A stretch of 64,000 nucleotides of DNA, taken from UHGV virus genome UHGV-0351052. One strand, given 5' to 3'. Each line of letters starts with the position of its first letter. Within the stretch, counting starts at the first letter, position 1. This stretch comes from a virus. A program made the position numbers and the translations under genes. Below the pieces are notes generated by a model that saw only the letters and a program-made list of their open reading frames with translations, was not told the origin of the DNA and did not search any database. Positions 9,751-19,886 of this stretch are shown piece by piece.

Positions 9751-9758
9751 TATTTATA
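9751..9758 (-). promoter_or_regulatory. T4 late promoter TATAAATA upstream of soc
   Basis: plus-strand tatttata = minus-strand TATAAATA about 32 nt before soc ATG. Confidence 0.55.
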
Positions 9759-9932
9759 TCAGTCTTCAATGAAAACTTGTGCCAGGAATTCGTGTTCATC
9801 TTGAATTTGTTTATATAAAGCCATTACAGCATTTATATTAGAGCTATCTACTTTAAGTTGATAAGCATACCACTCGTGTAAATTAATTAAAGCTTTTTGA
9901 CGTCTAATAAATTCTTCTTTGGATATTTTCAT
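9759..9932 (-). CDS. small hypothetical protein, 57 aa (below ORF-track cutoff)
   Basis: hand translation MKISKEEFIRRQKALINLHEW...; start overlaps stop of upstream ORF. Confidence 0.3.
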   Translation of the reverse strand: MKISKEEFIRRQKALINLHEWYAYQLKVDSSNINAVMALYKQIQDEHEFLAQVFIED

Positions 9933-10129
9933 TTTGAATGCTCTATAATTAATTTTAAGGCTTTTTCACTGACAAAAATTTCATCAGGACCTTCTTCTAT
10001 AACCCAATCAACTGTACGAAGCTGATTAGATAGGAGCTCGTATGTGAGCTCCTTGTCATAATTTTTAAATAGCTGGTCAATACGTTTCTTGTGGGCTTTC
10101 TTAAGTTGACGTTTATTTAAACGAGCCAT
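9929..10129 (-). CDS. hypothetical protein, 66 aa
   Basis: ORF-track ORF; basic N-terminus. Confidence 0.4.
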   Translation of the reverse strand: MARLNKRQLKKAHKKRIDQLFKNYDKELTYELLSNQLRTVDWVIEEGPDEIFVSEKALKLIIEHSK

Positions 10130-10662
10130 TAATAACCTCGGTCTTGACGAGCGAAGTTTTCAGCATTTTTCAGATAATAAAGTTTAAAGATTTCTTCTGC
10201 TGTAAGACCAAGACCTTGAAACATGTTCAGAACAAAATGGAGAATATCAATCATTTCGAATTTGATTTCTAACTGGTCCTGTGGAGACAAATCAGTAATC
10301 AGAGTTTCACGACGTTCACCATGCTGAGCTTTCCACGGCTTCCATACAGCAGATGCATCTTTTTCGCCATTGCTCATACCACCAAGAGAAGTCAGAAGTT
10401 CGCGGAATTCATCATCAATATAATCTTTCTGATTACGCAGCCAATCAACAACTTCACCTGCGGTAGCCAAATCATCAGGATGACGATTATATTCAGGTTT
10501 ATCTTTAGCTAAACGAATCTGCAGAGATTTCTGCATGTCAAGCATTACCTGTAGCGGGTCTTTTTCATCACCGAGAATATCCCAATATTCATTTTGAGCT
10601 TTATCAGCGCCTTCGATCAGTTGACTACATTCGTTAAAGTAAGCCATTATTTTTCCTTTCAA
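10129..10662 (-). CDS. 56: dCTP/dUTP pyrophosphatase gp56 (MazG-like)
   Basis: 177 aa; all-helical MazG-like fold features; slot between soc and dam. Confidence 0.6.
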   Translation of the reverse strand: MKGKIMAYFNECSQLIEGADKAQNEYWDILGDEKDPLQVMLDMQKSLQIRLAKDKPEYNRHPDDLATAGEVVDWLRNQKDYIDDEFRELLTSLGGMSNGEKDASAVWKPWKAQHGERRETLITDLSPQDQLEIKFEMIDILHFVLNMFQGLGLTAEEIFKLYYLKNAENFARQDRGY

Positions 10663-10707
10663 TTCATTAATAAGTTAAATAATTATATCATTTGAATATG
10701 TAAGCAA

Positions 10708-11496
<789 letters not shown>

Positions 11497-11595
11497 TCAT
11501 TTATTGCAGCAAAAAACGAATTATACAATTCTTCATCATATGTATTTGATAATACTAACACGTTTTGCGATAAATATTAATTTAAAGGAGGATAC

Positions 11596-11796
11596 ATGGT
11601 ACAAAAATTAATGGCACTTGTTAATGCCATAAAAGGTAATAAGAAACGTATAGCTTTTACTATTTCTGCTATGATAGGAATTTTACTTTGGAATTTTGTT
11701 TTATCGCCAGTTGCTATTGCTCATGGCGTTAGTATTCCAGTAGTTACTCTTGATACATTCGTAGATTTAGCATTTGCTTTAGTTGGGTTAATTTAA
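11596..11796 (+). CDS. small two-helix hydrophobic protein, 66 aa; only intergenic plus-strand ORF in window
   Basis: AAAGGAGG about 5 nt before ATG 11596; no competing minus-strand ORF in the 305-bp dam-61 gap; convergent overlap with gene 61 stop. Confidence 0.35.
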   Translation: MVQKLMALVNAIKGNKKRIAFTISAMIGILLWNFVLSPVAIAHGVSIPVVTLDTFVDLAFALVGLI

Positions 11797-12821
11797 ATCT
11801 TAGCATATTTAGATAGCCGCATTTTAGCCATCAACCCCTGGGCAATATTATTTTTCATATATTCCATAATTTGTTCAGGGGTTGCACCTTCCTTTCTAAT
11901 CATATCATTAACATCTTTTGATTTCCAGGGAGATTTATCCCAAAACATAACCCTTTCTCCTGCATCAACTAATTTAGTCATTCGTTTAATAGTGTCAGGG
12001 TGACGAGGTTCATTATCTAAGACCCACACTCGTCTATCTTTAAATGGAACAACTTCTAGGTCTAATTGACCACCCGTAATAGCTATACCATTTTCAATAA
12101 AAAGTGAATCTATAGGTCCTTCTAGAACATATACATCACCATCTTTAACTCGTTCGACTCCATAGATTTTTGTTGCCTCAGGATAAGCTTTGATGGTGAT
12201 ATATTTTTGAGGAGCATCTTTCTTTAATGCACGTCCTTGAAAAGACTCAGCTTTTCCATTAGCATTATAAATTGGAATAACAAGACGAGGCTCAGAAATT
12301 TCCTTTTTGTATGTTCCCGGTGCTATGCTATTAACCAATTTAGGCCATTCGGTTGTAAACCAAAGATATTTCCATTTATCCTTTGGAATACAACGAGCTT
12401 TTACGTATTTTATAATTGGATGGTCTTCCGCCAGTTTATCTAATCTAACACATGACGGAAGAGATTTAATTATTTTCTTCTCAGGTTGTTTAGGAAGTTC
12501 TTTAGGTTTTTCTACTGGACGACTTTTACCTTTTTCTTTTCTTATTTCAAAGATATACTCACGATATAAATCAGGTTCAAACTCCTTTAGATATATTCCG
12601 ATTGGTGCATGATAGTTACAGTTATAACAATGAATATTTCCTTCATTATTATCACCATAATACCATCCACGGGCTTTATTTTGGTCGGTTTTTGAATCTC
12701 CACAAACAGGACATCTAAACCGTAATTTAAAAGTTGAACTATTATTTACTTGTGTGAATTTAGGTAAATGAGCTAATGCACGGTATGCGAACTCATTATC
12801 AATCCAAGGTATTGATGACAT
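11793..12821 (-). CDS. 61: DNA primase gp61
   Basis: 342 aa; N-terminal zinc ribbon CPVCGDS...CYNCNYH; Toprim-like core. Confidence 0.9.
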   Translation of the reverse strand: MSSIPWIDNEFAYRALAHLPKFTQVNNSSTFKLRFRCPVCGDSKTDQNKARGWYYGDNNEGNIHCYNCNYHAPIGIYLKEFEPDLYREYIFEIRKEKGKSRPVEKPKELPKQPEKKIIKSLPSCVRLDKLAEDHPIIKYVKARCIPKDKWKYLWFTTEWPKLVNSIAPGTYKKEISEPRLVIPIYNANGKAESFQGRALKKDAPQKYITIKAYPEATKIYGVERVKDGDVYVLEGPIDSLFIENGIAITGGQLDLEVVPFKDRRVWVLDNEPRHPDTIKRMTKLVDAGERVMFWDKSPWKSKDVNDMIRKEGATPEQIMEYMKNNIAQGLMAKMRLSKYAKI

Positions 12822-12823
12822 TT

Positions 12824-12988
12824 TTACTCTTCTTTTTCTTTAGATTCCTCTTTTTTCTTTTTAGGAATCTGTTCAGGACCTTTATTTACTACAGCACCTG
12901 ATGTTGTTCCAGTAGAGATATTTTCAGGATTACCACCTGAATCTCCAGCAACCATATCTTCTTTGATAAATTCTTTATATGTTTTCAT
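12824..12988 (-). CDS. 61.1-slot small protein, 54 aa, with internal-protein-like N-terminus
   Basis: hand translation MKTYKEFIKEDMVAGDSGGNPEN...; N-terminal 10 aa match the start of the ipIII-like ORF. Confidence 0.4.
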   Translation of the reverse strand: MKTYKEFIKEDMVAGDSGGNPENISTGTTSGAVVNKGPEQIPKKKKEESKEKEE

Positions 12989-12989
12989 A

Positions 12990-13616
12990 TTAACCTCTAT
13001 TCATAAAAGCATTAAAAATTTGGTCATCAATAGAAACATTTACTTTAGACTGTTTTTCAGATGGCAATTCATATCCACATATTACAATTTTATGATCAAT
13101 ATCAAAATACACAGAAGCAATATGATTAATGATGTTTTCAGTAAAGTCTAAATCAACATCAATATCTTTTTGACCACAGCCCAAAGGATAAATAATGCGA
13201 GTAATTCGATTATCTTTAACAAATATTCCACCGACATACTCTGTGCTGCGTTTAAAGTCTACACGCCGACGAAATGAAAAATATTCAGGCTCTTTATGAG
13301 CTCGGCTCATAGGGCACAACGAATAACTAGAATAAGAGATGTCAAATCCTACGCCTTCAATATGAACTAAATTGTCATGATTAAACCAATTATAATCATA
13401 TGCCAAGTCCATTAGATTGTCATATGTAAAAGGCACCGGATTAACATCATTGGTCACAAGCATATAATTAGCAACTGCTATAATTTCATTATTTTTAACG
13501 AATACAAACCGTGATTGATGCGAATGACCTGGACCTGCGTTTTCACGATTAATGATATAACACTGGGCACCTTTATATTTGTACGTGTCTTTACACTTGT
13601 GCATTTGATAAAGCAT
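12990..13616 (-). CDS. 61.2-slot protein, 208 aa (T4 61.2/AdfA-like by position)
   Basis: size and synteny; no motif verified. Confidence 0.45.
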   Translation of the reverse strand: MLYQMHKCKDTYKYKGAQCYIINRENAGPGHSHQSRFVFVKNNEIIAVANYMLVTNDVNPVPFTYDNLMDLAYDYNWFNHDNLVHIEGVGFDISYSSYSLCPMSRAHKEPEYFSFRRRVDFKRSTEYVGGIFVKDNRITRIIYPLGCGQKDIDVDLDFTENIINHIASVYFDIDHKIVICGYELPSEKQSKVNVSIDDQIFNAFMNRG

Positions 13617-13909
13617 TATTCACCTACCACTTCAGCGATGATATTTTTATTATTAAAGTTTTTATCACAATACAGAACATAATTATACTGCATTACACCA
13701 CCAGACTTAAGCTGTTTTTGCACTTCAGCTTTCATTTCAGGACGATCACGCTCAACTATATTCATAATATCTGCTTCAATTTGAGTTTCAACCTCAGTCT
13801 GATCCGCAGTCATAGACCATTCGCACAAATCTTTATCATAACCTGCCATAGCAGGCTGAGCAGCACAAGAAGCTAAAGCAAAAATTGTAGCAAAGATAAA
13901 TTTTTTCAT
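13616..13909 (-). CDS. sp: Spackle-like periplasmic protein (signal peptide, 97 aa)
   Basis: MKKFIFATIFALASCAAQPAMA signal peptide; 97 aa from ATG 13909; ORF-track start 13957 is an N-terminal over-extension. Confidence 0.55.
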   Translation of the reverse strand: MKKFIFATIFALASCAAQPAMAGYDKDLCEWSMTADQTEVETQIEADIMNIVERDRPEMKAEVQKQLKSGGVMQYNYVLYCDKNFNNKNIIAEVVGE

Positions 13910-13938
13910 GATTAATCTCCTCAGTAGTTTATGTTTAT

Positions 13939-13968
13939 ATAGTATCTCAATTTCCAATAAAAGTAAAC
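13939..13968 (-). promoter_or_regulatory. T4-type early promoter
   Basis: minus-strand GTTTAC 13968-13963, -10-like TACTAT 13944-13939; upstream of sp. Confidence 0.4.
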
Positions 13969-13970
13969 AG

Positions 13971-14228
13971 TTATTTTAAAACTTTTGCATAATCACATGT
14001 TACAAACTGTTTCTCTAACTTGACGATCTTACGAAAATACCTTTTACACTGACGAATCTGCCTCTTCGTAGGACGTACAGCAAACTTAATAAATTCCACT
14101 CGACCAAATGGAGGACTTTCTTCTGCTGGAATATCTAACACCAATTCCCACGTATCTGCAATAAGTGCTTTGAATTGCGTATTTTTCCTGATGTTATACG
14201 GCGTAGGTTTAAATAAAACAATATGCAT
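13971..14228 (-). CDS. 61.4-slot protein (TifA-like by position; 85 aa from internal ATG, 99 aa from first start)
   Basis: size and synteny only; basic C-terminal half. Confidence 0.4.
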   Translation of the reverse strand: MHIVLFKPTPYNIRKNTQFKALIADTWELVLDIPAEESPPFGRVEFIKFAVRPTKRQIRQCKRYFRKIVKLEKQFVTCDYAKVLK

Positions 14229-14229
14229 A

Positions 14230-14412
14230 TTATCCTCGGCAATCCACTTCACATACTTTCTTGTCATCAATGAAAGCTTTAACTAATGCTTTATTAACTT
14301 CAGCATATTGAGTAGTAGCCCATTGAACGTCATCTTTCATCATTGTGGTTTCTTTAGTAAACATGCTTTCATTCTTAAACCACCCCATAAAAACTACCTT
14401 TACCAATTCCAT
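14230..14412 (-). CDS. dmd: Dmd-like antitoxin-type protein, 60 aa
   Basis: 60 aa, immediately downstream of gene 41; size and slot match T4 dmd (61.5). Confidence 0.5.
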   Translation of the reverse strand: MELVKVVFMGWFKNESMFTKETTMMKDDVQWATTQYAEVNKALVKAFIDDKKVCEVDCRG

Positions 14413-14441
14413 AACAATCTCCTCATTTAACCAACAAGACT

Positions 14442-14471
14442 ACTATACCATAGTCTCGTCAGCTTGTAAAC
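14442..14471 (-). promoter_or_regulatory. T4-type early promoter
   Basis: minus-strand GTTTAC 14471-14466, TGG+TATAGT 14450-14442. Confidence 0.45.
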
Positions 14472-15898
14472 TAAAATTTTAATTCATTTGCCAAAGCATC
14501 TAACTGAGCTCGAGTGGATTCGTTTCTTTGATAGCGATTCTGCTCAGCCTGAATCTGCTGCGAACCTGCTACTTCACTCACTCCAGTTGGAGTAGAATCT
14601 TGTTCAATTTCTACCCATTTCTGATTTCCCTTTTGAACACCCATCAAAAACTTATTCCATTTGTTCTTATCACCATATCGTGATTTGATTTGCTTAATGA
14701 GTTGTTGCTCAGCAGCTGCTAGCTCCTCAGTTTCAATGACCGCAAGCATAAAATCAGCTGTTGCTGGAAGACCAGCAGATTCTGCAATATCGCTCATGTT
14801 AACATCGGAAGAGTCCCAAGCTTGTTTACCAACCTGTGCTGCAGTCCAAAGAACAGTTTCGGTTTCAACAGCCAGAGCACGCAATTCCTCTGCAATAGCT
14901 TTAACAGTTGTGTAACTATTTTCTGAATAAACTCTAATGCGGCAAGATTTACAAATACCTAGATAGTCAACAATAATGATTGTTGGAACAAAATTCTTCT
15001 TGAGCTTTAATTCATTTAAAAGCGATCGAAATGTATTAGCATCTGCTCCACCGGTAGGATACTGTTTAACGATTAAACGACCGAGAGTAGATTTCTCACG
15101 CCATTTTTCCATTTTTCCTTTATACTCAGCGTAAGAAATATGCCCATCATCAATGTCATCAAGAGAAACATCAAGCATATTAGCATCAATACGCTTAGCA
15201 CAGACTTCTTCTGCCATTTCCATGGAAATGTAAAGAACATTATGTCCGAGCTGTAAATAATCTGCTGCCAATGAACACAGACCTAATGACTTACCAACGT
15301 TAACGCCAGCCATTAAAACGTTCAGTGTTCCAGTTTCAGCTCCGCCTTTAGTAATTTTGTTTAGAATTCTGAGTTTAAATGGAACCTTACGAGCTTTATT
15401 CATATAAGATAGCCAACGTGCTTCATAGTCATCCATCCAATCATGACCAACGTAACTATCAAATGAAATTGATAATGCTTGGCGCATGATGTCAGGAATA
15501 GCACCAACATCCGGCATTTTCTTATTTCGTTTTTCCGGAGGAAGCTCAGCATTAGTTTGAATTTCGATTATTTTAGACGTAGCATTAAACATCGCCCTTT
15601 GCTGAACATATTTTTCTGTTTCTTTTACTAACCAGCTATGGTCTTCCGGAGAATCAGCTAGTTTTGAAATAAGTGTTTTTACACCAGAATATTCTGTTTC
15701 AGTAAATGAACTATTTTCTAATGCAACATTTAACGCATTAATAGATGGAACGCTATGATACTCATTGACATGAGATTTAATTAATTTGAATGTATTTTTA
15801 GCTGGACCACTTTCAAAATATTCTGAATCCATATATGGCCAAACTTTTGAAAAATAAGCTTGATCAAATATGAGATGAGAAAGAATAATTTCTACCAC
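14471..15898 (-). CDS. 41: replicative DNA helicase gp41 (DnaB family)
   Basis: 475 aa; Walker A GVNVGKS; DnaB-like architecture. Confidence 0.9.
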   Translation of the reverse strand: MVEIILSHLIFDQAYFSKVWPYMDSEYFESGPAKNTFKLIKSHVNEYHSVPSINALNVALENSSFTETEYSGVKTLISKLADSPEDHSWLVKETEKYVQQRAMFNATSKIIEIQTNAELPPEKRNKKMPDVGAIPDIMRQALSISFDSYVGHDWMDDYEARWLSYMNKARKVPFKLRILNKITKGGAETGTLNVLMAGVNVGKSLGLCSLAADYLQLGHNVLYISMEMAEEVCAKRIDANMLDVSLDDIDDGHISYAEYKGKMEKWREKSTLGRLIVKQYPTGGADANTFRSLLNELKLKKNFVPTIIIVDYLGICKSCRIRVYSENSYTTVKAIAEELRALAVETETVLWTAAQVGKQAWDSSDVNMSDIAESAGLPATADFMLAVIETEELAAAEQQLIKQIKSRYGDKNKWNKFLMGVQKGNQKWVEIEQDSTPTGVSEVAGSQQIQAEQNRYQRNESTRAQLDALANELKF

Positions 15899-15907
15899 AC
15901 TTACTCC

Positions 15908-16270
15908 TTAAAAGAATTTAAATTTTTTCTTTGACCTTTTATTAAATGCATCTTGCAGTTGCATTGTAATACATTTTTCTACATGAGGAGCTAACTCAGC
16001 TTTTCTTTCTTGGTCAAGAACAGCAAAGTCCATTACAACCTTTCCATCAACCCAATCCAGTTTAGTTACATACACTATATGTGTAGAACCATCTTCTAGT
16101 TTAATGACAATCTCCTGGATAACATTTTCCATAGCGGATTTAATTATCTTAAGAGACTCATTAAAAAGACGTTCTTTTCTTTCTTCTTCCCCCTCCGAAG
16201 AGGGGGATTCATCGATAATTTCTAGATCTAAATCTAAATCATCTTTACTCATTAAATTCTTCCATATCAC
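15908..16270 (-). CDS. hypothetical acidic protein, 120 aa (gene 40 slot)
   Basis: position between 41 and uvsX; no motif. Confidence 0.4.
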   Translation of the reverse strand: MIWKNLMSKDDLDLDLEIIDESPSSEGEEERKERLFNESLKIIKSAMENVIQEIVIKLEDGSTHIVYVTKLDWVDGKVVMDFAVLDQERKAELAPHVEKCITMQLQDAFNKRSKKKFKFF

Positions 16271-17426
16271 TTAACTGCTCGAGGTCAGTTTCTAAATCAG
16301 CAGCTGATTTACTTTTACTTTCTGGAGATTTAAATTTTTCAACCTTTGAGTTAATCAATTCATCAACTTCAGCTTCAACAATTTCATTACTATCAATAGC
16401 ACCTAACTGATAAGCGCGTTTAATAGCATCTCGGAATGGTTGATGCTTAAATAAAGGACCCCAGAATGTAGTGCAGTTGGTATCTTTTGCACGCCAAGAT
16501 TTTTCTTCGCGAATCATCTCGCCAGTTTCTTCGTCAAGAAATTCACGAGCATACCAGCCATTTTTAGGTTTTACTACAAATCCTAATTCTAGAGCCATAT
16601 CTAACAATCCAGAATAAGGATCGATACCACCGTCAAATTTAACATCAATAAAGAATTTACTTTTTTCTTTAACGGTACGAGATTTTTCTACATTTAGAAC
16701 AAATTGATACCCCTGAAGATCAGAACCATCTTTAATCTGACGCTTACCGATAATGAATACGGTATCAGCCGAATACATTACGCCTGTACCACCTGTCATC
16801 ACGGTTTTACTAAACATTTCAATTGTTTCAATTGTATGGTTAACCGCAACACATGGAATATTTTTAATGCTAAAATAAGGAGTAACAATACGGAATAATG
16901 ACTTCAGTGATTTAGCACGAGTCATATCTGCCACAGATTTTTCATTCAAGGCATCTTCCGTTTCTTTCTTAGAAGCCATATTACCGATTGAGTCGATGAA
17001 TACAATAACCTTTTCACCACGCTCAATAGCTTCAAGCTGGTTCACCATATCAATTTTCAGCTGTTCAACTGACTGAATTGGCGTATGAATTACTCGTTCC
17101 GGGTCAACTCCCATGGATCGCAAATAAGCTGGAGTAATACCAAATTCGCTATCATAGAATAGACAAACCGCGTCAGGATATTTGTTCAAATATGCCGCAA
17201 CCATAGTCAAAGACATATTTGATTTAAAGTGTTTAGAAGGCCCTGCGAAAATAGTTAAACCAGACTGCATACCGCCATCAATCGCACCAGAAATAGCGAT
17301 ATTAAGCATTGGAATTTTTGTACGAATTACATCCTTTTCATTAAAGAATTTAGATGTAGTCAGTTCAGCAGTCATTTTAGAAGTGGAAGCTTTAATCAAA
17401 CGGGATTTTAAATCTGCAATAGACAT
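16245..17426 (-). CDS. uvsX: UvsX recombinase (RecA/Rad51 family)
   Basis: 393 aa; Walker A GPSKHFKS; RecA-fold core. Confidence 0.9.
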   Translation of the reverse strand: MSIADLKSRLIKASTSKMTAELTTSKFFNEKDVIRTKIPMLNIAISGAIDGGMQSGLTIFAGPSKHFKSNMSLTMVAAYLNKYPDAVCLFYDSEFGITPAYLRSMGVDPERVIHTPIQSVEQLKIDMVNQLEAIERGEKVIVFIDSIGNMASKKETEDALNEKSVADMTRAKSLKSLFRIVTPYFSIKNIPCVAVNHTIETIEMFSKTVMTGGTGVMYSADTVFIIGKRQIKDGSDLQGYQFVLNVEKSRTVKEKSKFFIDVKFDGGIDPYSGLLDMALELGFVVKPKNGWYAREFLDEETGEMIREEKSWRAKDTNCTTFWGPLFKHQPFRDAIKRAYQLGAIDSNEIVEAEVDELINSKVEKFKSPESKSKSAADLETDLEQLSDMEEFNE

Positions 17427-17503
17427 TCATTTTTTCCATAGGCATCATTATATTTTCCTCACTGGTTAAAGATAGAGTAATTATAACACAATAAATTTAG
17501 GCA

Positions 17504-18352
17504 TTAATCAACTGCTATTGGATGAATAGCATTAAACTTATGAAATGCTTCTGATTTTTCTTTACGCGAAACACACATGCGAAGAACCTTTAATGGCTCG
17601 TCTTCTTCACCCAACGATTTTCGTTTTTCAATATTCGATGTTTTCCAACGAGCTTGCTCTGGAAACTCTCTATTGATTTGCTCAAGCGCTCTATTATGTT
17701 TAGAATTACTACGAATTGAACTACACCCACCGGGAGCGTGTGATTTTCCAGATACAACTAGATATTTGAACAAGGCCAAATGCGGATAACCTTGATTAAT
17801 TAAATTGAGAAATGCATACATATCTTCGCATAAATCAATTTTTCCATACCCAATTTGTTCTGTCGTAAGTTTTCCGAGGTCATACCATGTATTCGTGAAT
17901 CCATATGAGTTTTCACGATAATTACCCCAAGATGAAGTAATTTTAAAAATTGGTAGACGAGCATGACCGTGATAATACCCGCAATCCATGGCATCCTCAA
18001 CGTATTGAATCAATTCATAGAACTGTTCACGAGTTAATTGATTAATTTTATCTACGCGCCGTTTATCGTCTCTCTTTCGTATTGAACTCATACGAATAGT
18101 AGTATCATCATCAATCATCCAGATTCGTTGACCTGCATACATATCAGTAATTGCTTTACGAGTACCGGCAATTCCGTTTACATCATCAGGAATAGTTACA
18201 ATTTTAGCTCTAGACCCATAAGCATCATAATAAGCTTTTTCTTCGTGTTCACGCACTACAATATGGGGCTCATAATCAGTCGGAAACATATTAAGGGCAG
18301 AAACTGCCCCTACACGCTGATAACTTGGAATTACGAATTGAATCATTTCCAC
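17504..18352 (-). CDS. GT-A fold glycosyltransferase in the beta-gt slot (beta-alpha-glucosyltransferase-like)
   Basis: 282 aa; VIPSYQR N-terminus and WMIDDDT (DxD) motif; sits between uvsX and 42. Confidence 0.5.
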   Translation of the reverse strand: MEMIQFVIPSYQRVGAVSALNMFPTDYEPHIVVREHEEKAYYDAYGSRAKIVTIPDDVNGIAGTRKAITDMYAGQRIWMIDDDTTIRMSSIRKRDDKRRVDKINQLTREQFYELIQYVEDAMDCGYYHGHARLPIFKITSSWGNYRENSYGFTNTWYDLGKLTTEQIGYGKIDLCEDMYAFLNLINQGYPHLALFKYLVVSGKSHAPGGCSSIRSNSKHNRALEQINREFPEQARWKTSNIEKRKSLGEEDEPLKVLRMCVSRKEKSEAFHKFNAIHPIAVD

Positions 18353-19083
18353 TCACCGTTATAATCTTTTTTCACAATATGAGTTTCGCCAGTATTCCAC
18401 CAATGATCAACCAAGTAAAAATGACGAGAATATACATGAAGACTTCCAACATTCCATATAATAGAACCTGCTTTATACTGACGAGTTGAATCGCCTGCAT
18501 TCAAATCAGATACTAATTTATCTAATACGTATTTTTGCCATGCATAATCATTACGGAATCCGAAGACCACGTCATTTGAGCGCATGTTAACAACCGCATT
18601 GACTTTCTTATCACGAATCAGGTACTGTACTGTATTAGTACACATGAAATCTGACATACCATCTTTATTGTAGTCAAATTGCATGGATGGACGAGTATAA
18701 ATCATGATACCACGTCGAGAATCAGGATTTTGACCAAGTTCAGCTAAACACATATCATACTGAGCATAGTTATCTTCTGACCAGATAGCCCAACCATAAT
18801 TCGAGTTAATTTCGCCTTTAGAAGATGCTACTTGTTGCCAAATCTTTGGTGTTTCACCCGGAATATCTTTAACGAACAAGCTTTTAGATTTATACCATTC
18901 AAGTTCACGCTGAATGTATTCATCATTAAGAGCGCCAAAAATAAACGGTTCATCTGCTACAAATGATGCGCCAATAATTTCAATAGTTTTAACACCAGTT
19001 TTATCAACTACGAAATCTTTTTCTTTTAATGCAAGCCCCAAATGAAGACGGATTTCTTCAACTGTCATAGAGTCACTAATCAT
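18343..19083 (-). CDS. 42: dCMP hydroxymethylase gp42 (thymidylate-synthase fold)
   Basis: 246 aa; TS-like fold; matches T4 gp42 as recalled. Confidence 0.85.
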   Translation of the reverse strand: MISDSMTVEEIRLHLGLALKEKDFVVDKTGVKTIEIIGASFVADEPFIFGALNDEYIQRELEWYKSKSLFVKDIPGETPKIWQQVASSKGEINSNYGWAIWSEDNYAQYDMCLAELGQNPDSRRGIMIYTRPSMQFDYNKDGMSDFMCTNTVQYLIRDKKVNAVVNMRSNDVVFGFRNDYAWQKYVLDKLVSDLNAGDSTRQYKAGSIIWNVGSLHVYSRHFYLVDHWWNTGETHIVKKDYNGEWK

Positions 19084-19090
19084 TTAAACC

Positions 19091-19240
19091 TCAATTGATA
19101 CATTCATATTTAACTTGTAACAGTAATAAACCCCAACCTAAAATAATAGTTGGAATCATAAGAGGAACCGTTACACTATAGTATATACTTATTATAATCA
19201 TCAAGATTAAAAGCAATGCTGCTATAATTTTGCTTTTCAT
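19091..19240 (-). CDS. small hydrophobic peptide, 49 aa (below ORF-track cutoff)
   Basis: hand translation MKSKIIAALLLILMIIISIYY...; fills 42-imm gap. Confidence 0.3.
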   Translation of the reverse strand: MKSKIIAALLLILMIIISIYYSVTVPLMIPTIILGWGLLLLQVKYECIN

Positions 19241-19488
19241 TCCTTTTCTCTGATGATAATTACCTGATTTGGCTGTGCAGACTTTTTAGTTTCACCCGCA
19301 ATTGACCAAATAAATGTAATAAACCAACCAATAATTGACCAGTTAAACAGTAAAGATGTGAAAAAGATTCCTACTGTCGATTTTGACCCACGCATCAAGG
19401 CAATAAACCATGGAAGCATGTATATAATAATAGCCAACACACCTGAAACTAAAACCATAAAAATTGAACCTGCTACTAAAGTTTCCAT
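19237..19488 (-). CDS. imm: Imm-like membrane protein (superinfection immunity)
   Basis: 83 aa, two TM helices; size and slot match T4 imm. Confidence 0.55.
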   Translation of the reverse strand: METLVAGSIFMVLVSGVLAIIIYMLPWFIALMRGSKSTVGIFFTSLLFNWSIIGWFITFIWSIAGETKKSAQPNQVIIIREKE

Positions 19489-19495
19489 GTTTTCC

Positions 19496-19876
19496 TCACT
19501 TAGTCAAATTTTTTACACATGAATTATAAGAATTCACTACATACTCCATCGGAGCATTTTTACCTGTACGCCATTGGTAATTATTAGCCCAATTTGCCCA
19601 AAGTTCAGCGCAGTAGTTTTCAATTTTTTCTTCGCGTGTAATTACATCAGAATTACGATATGCTTGAGCAGATTCATCTGGACGAATAGCCTCGTCAAAA
19701 TTCGCCTGCATTTGTTCTACTGTCTGTTTTGGAGCTTCTTTATAACACTTGACATTAGGATTATAAAACTTGCTTGAACAGTTTACAATTTTTCCTACAT
19801 CAGACTGATTTACTACCGGTCCTTGAGCCACACAACCAGTAAGACCTAATGCAATAACCAAAATAGCGATTTTCAT
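19496..19876 (-). CDS. secreted/lipoprotein-like protein, 126 aa
   Basis: signal peptide with LTGC lipobox-like motif. Confidence 0.4.
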   Translation of the reverse strand: MKIAILVIALGLTGCVAQGPVVNQSDVGKIVNCSSKFYNPNVKCYKEAPKQTVEQMQANFDEAIRPDESAQAYRNSDVITREEKIENYCAELWANWANNYQWRTGKNAPMEYVVNSYNSCVKNLTK

Positions 19877-19886
19877 AATAATTTCC

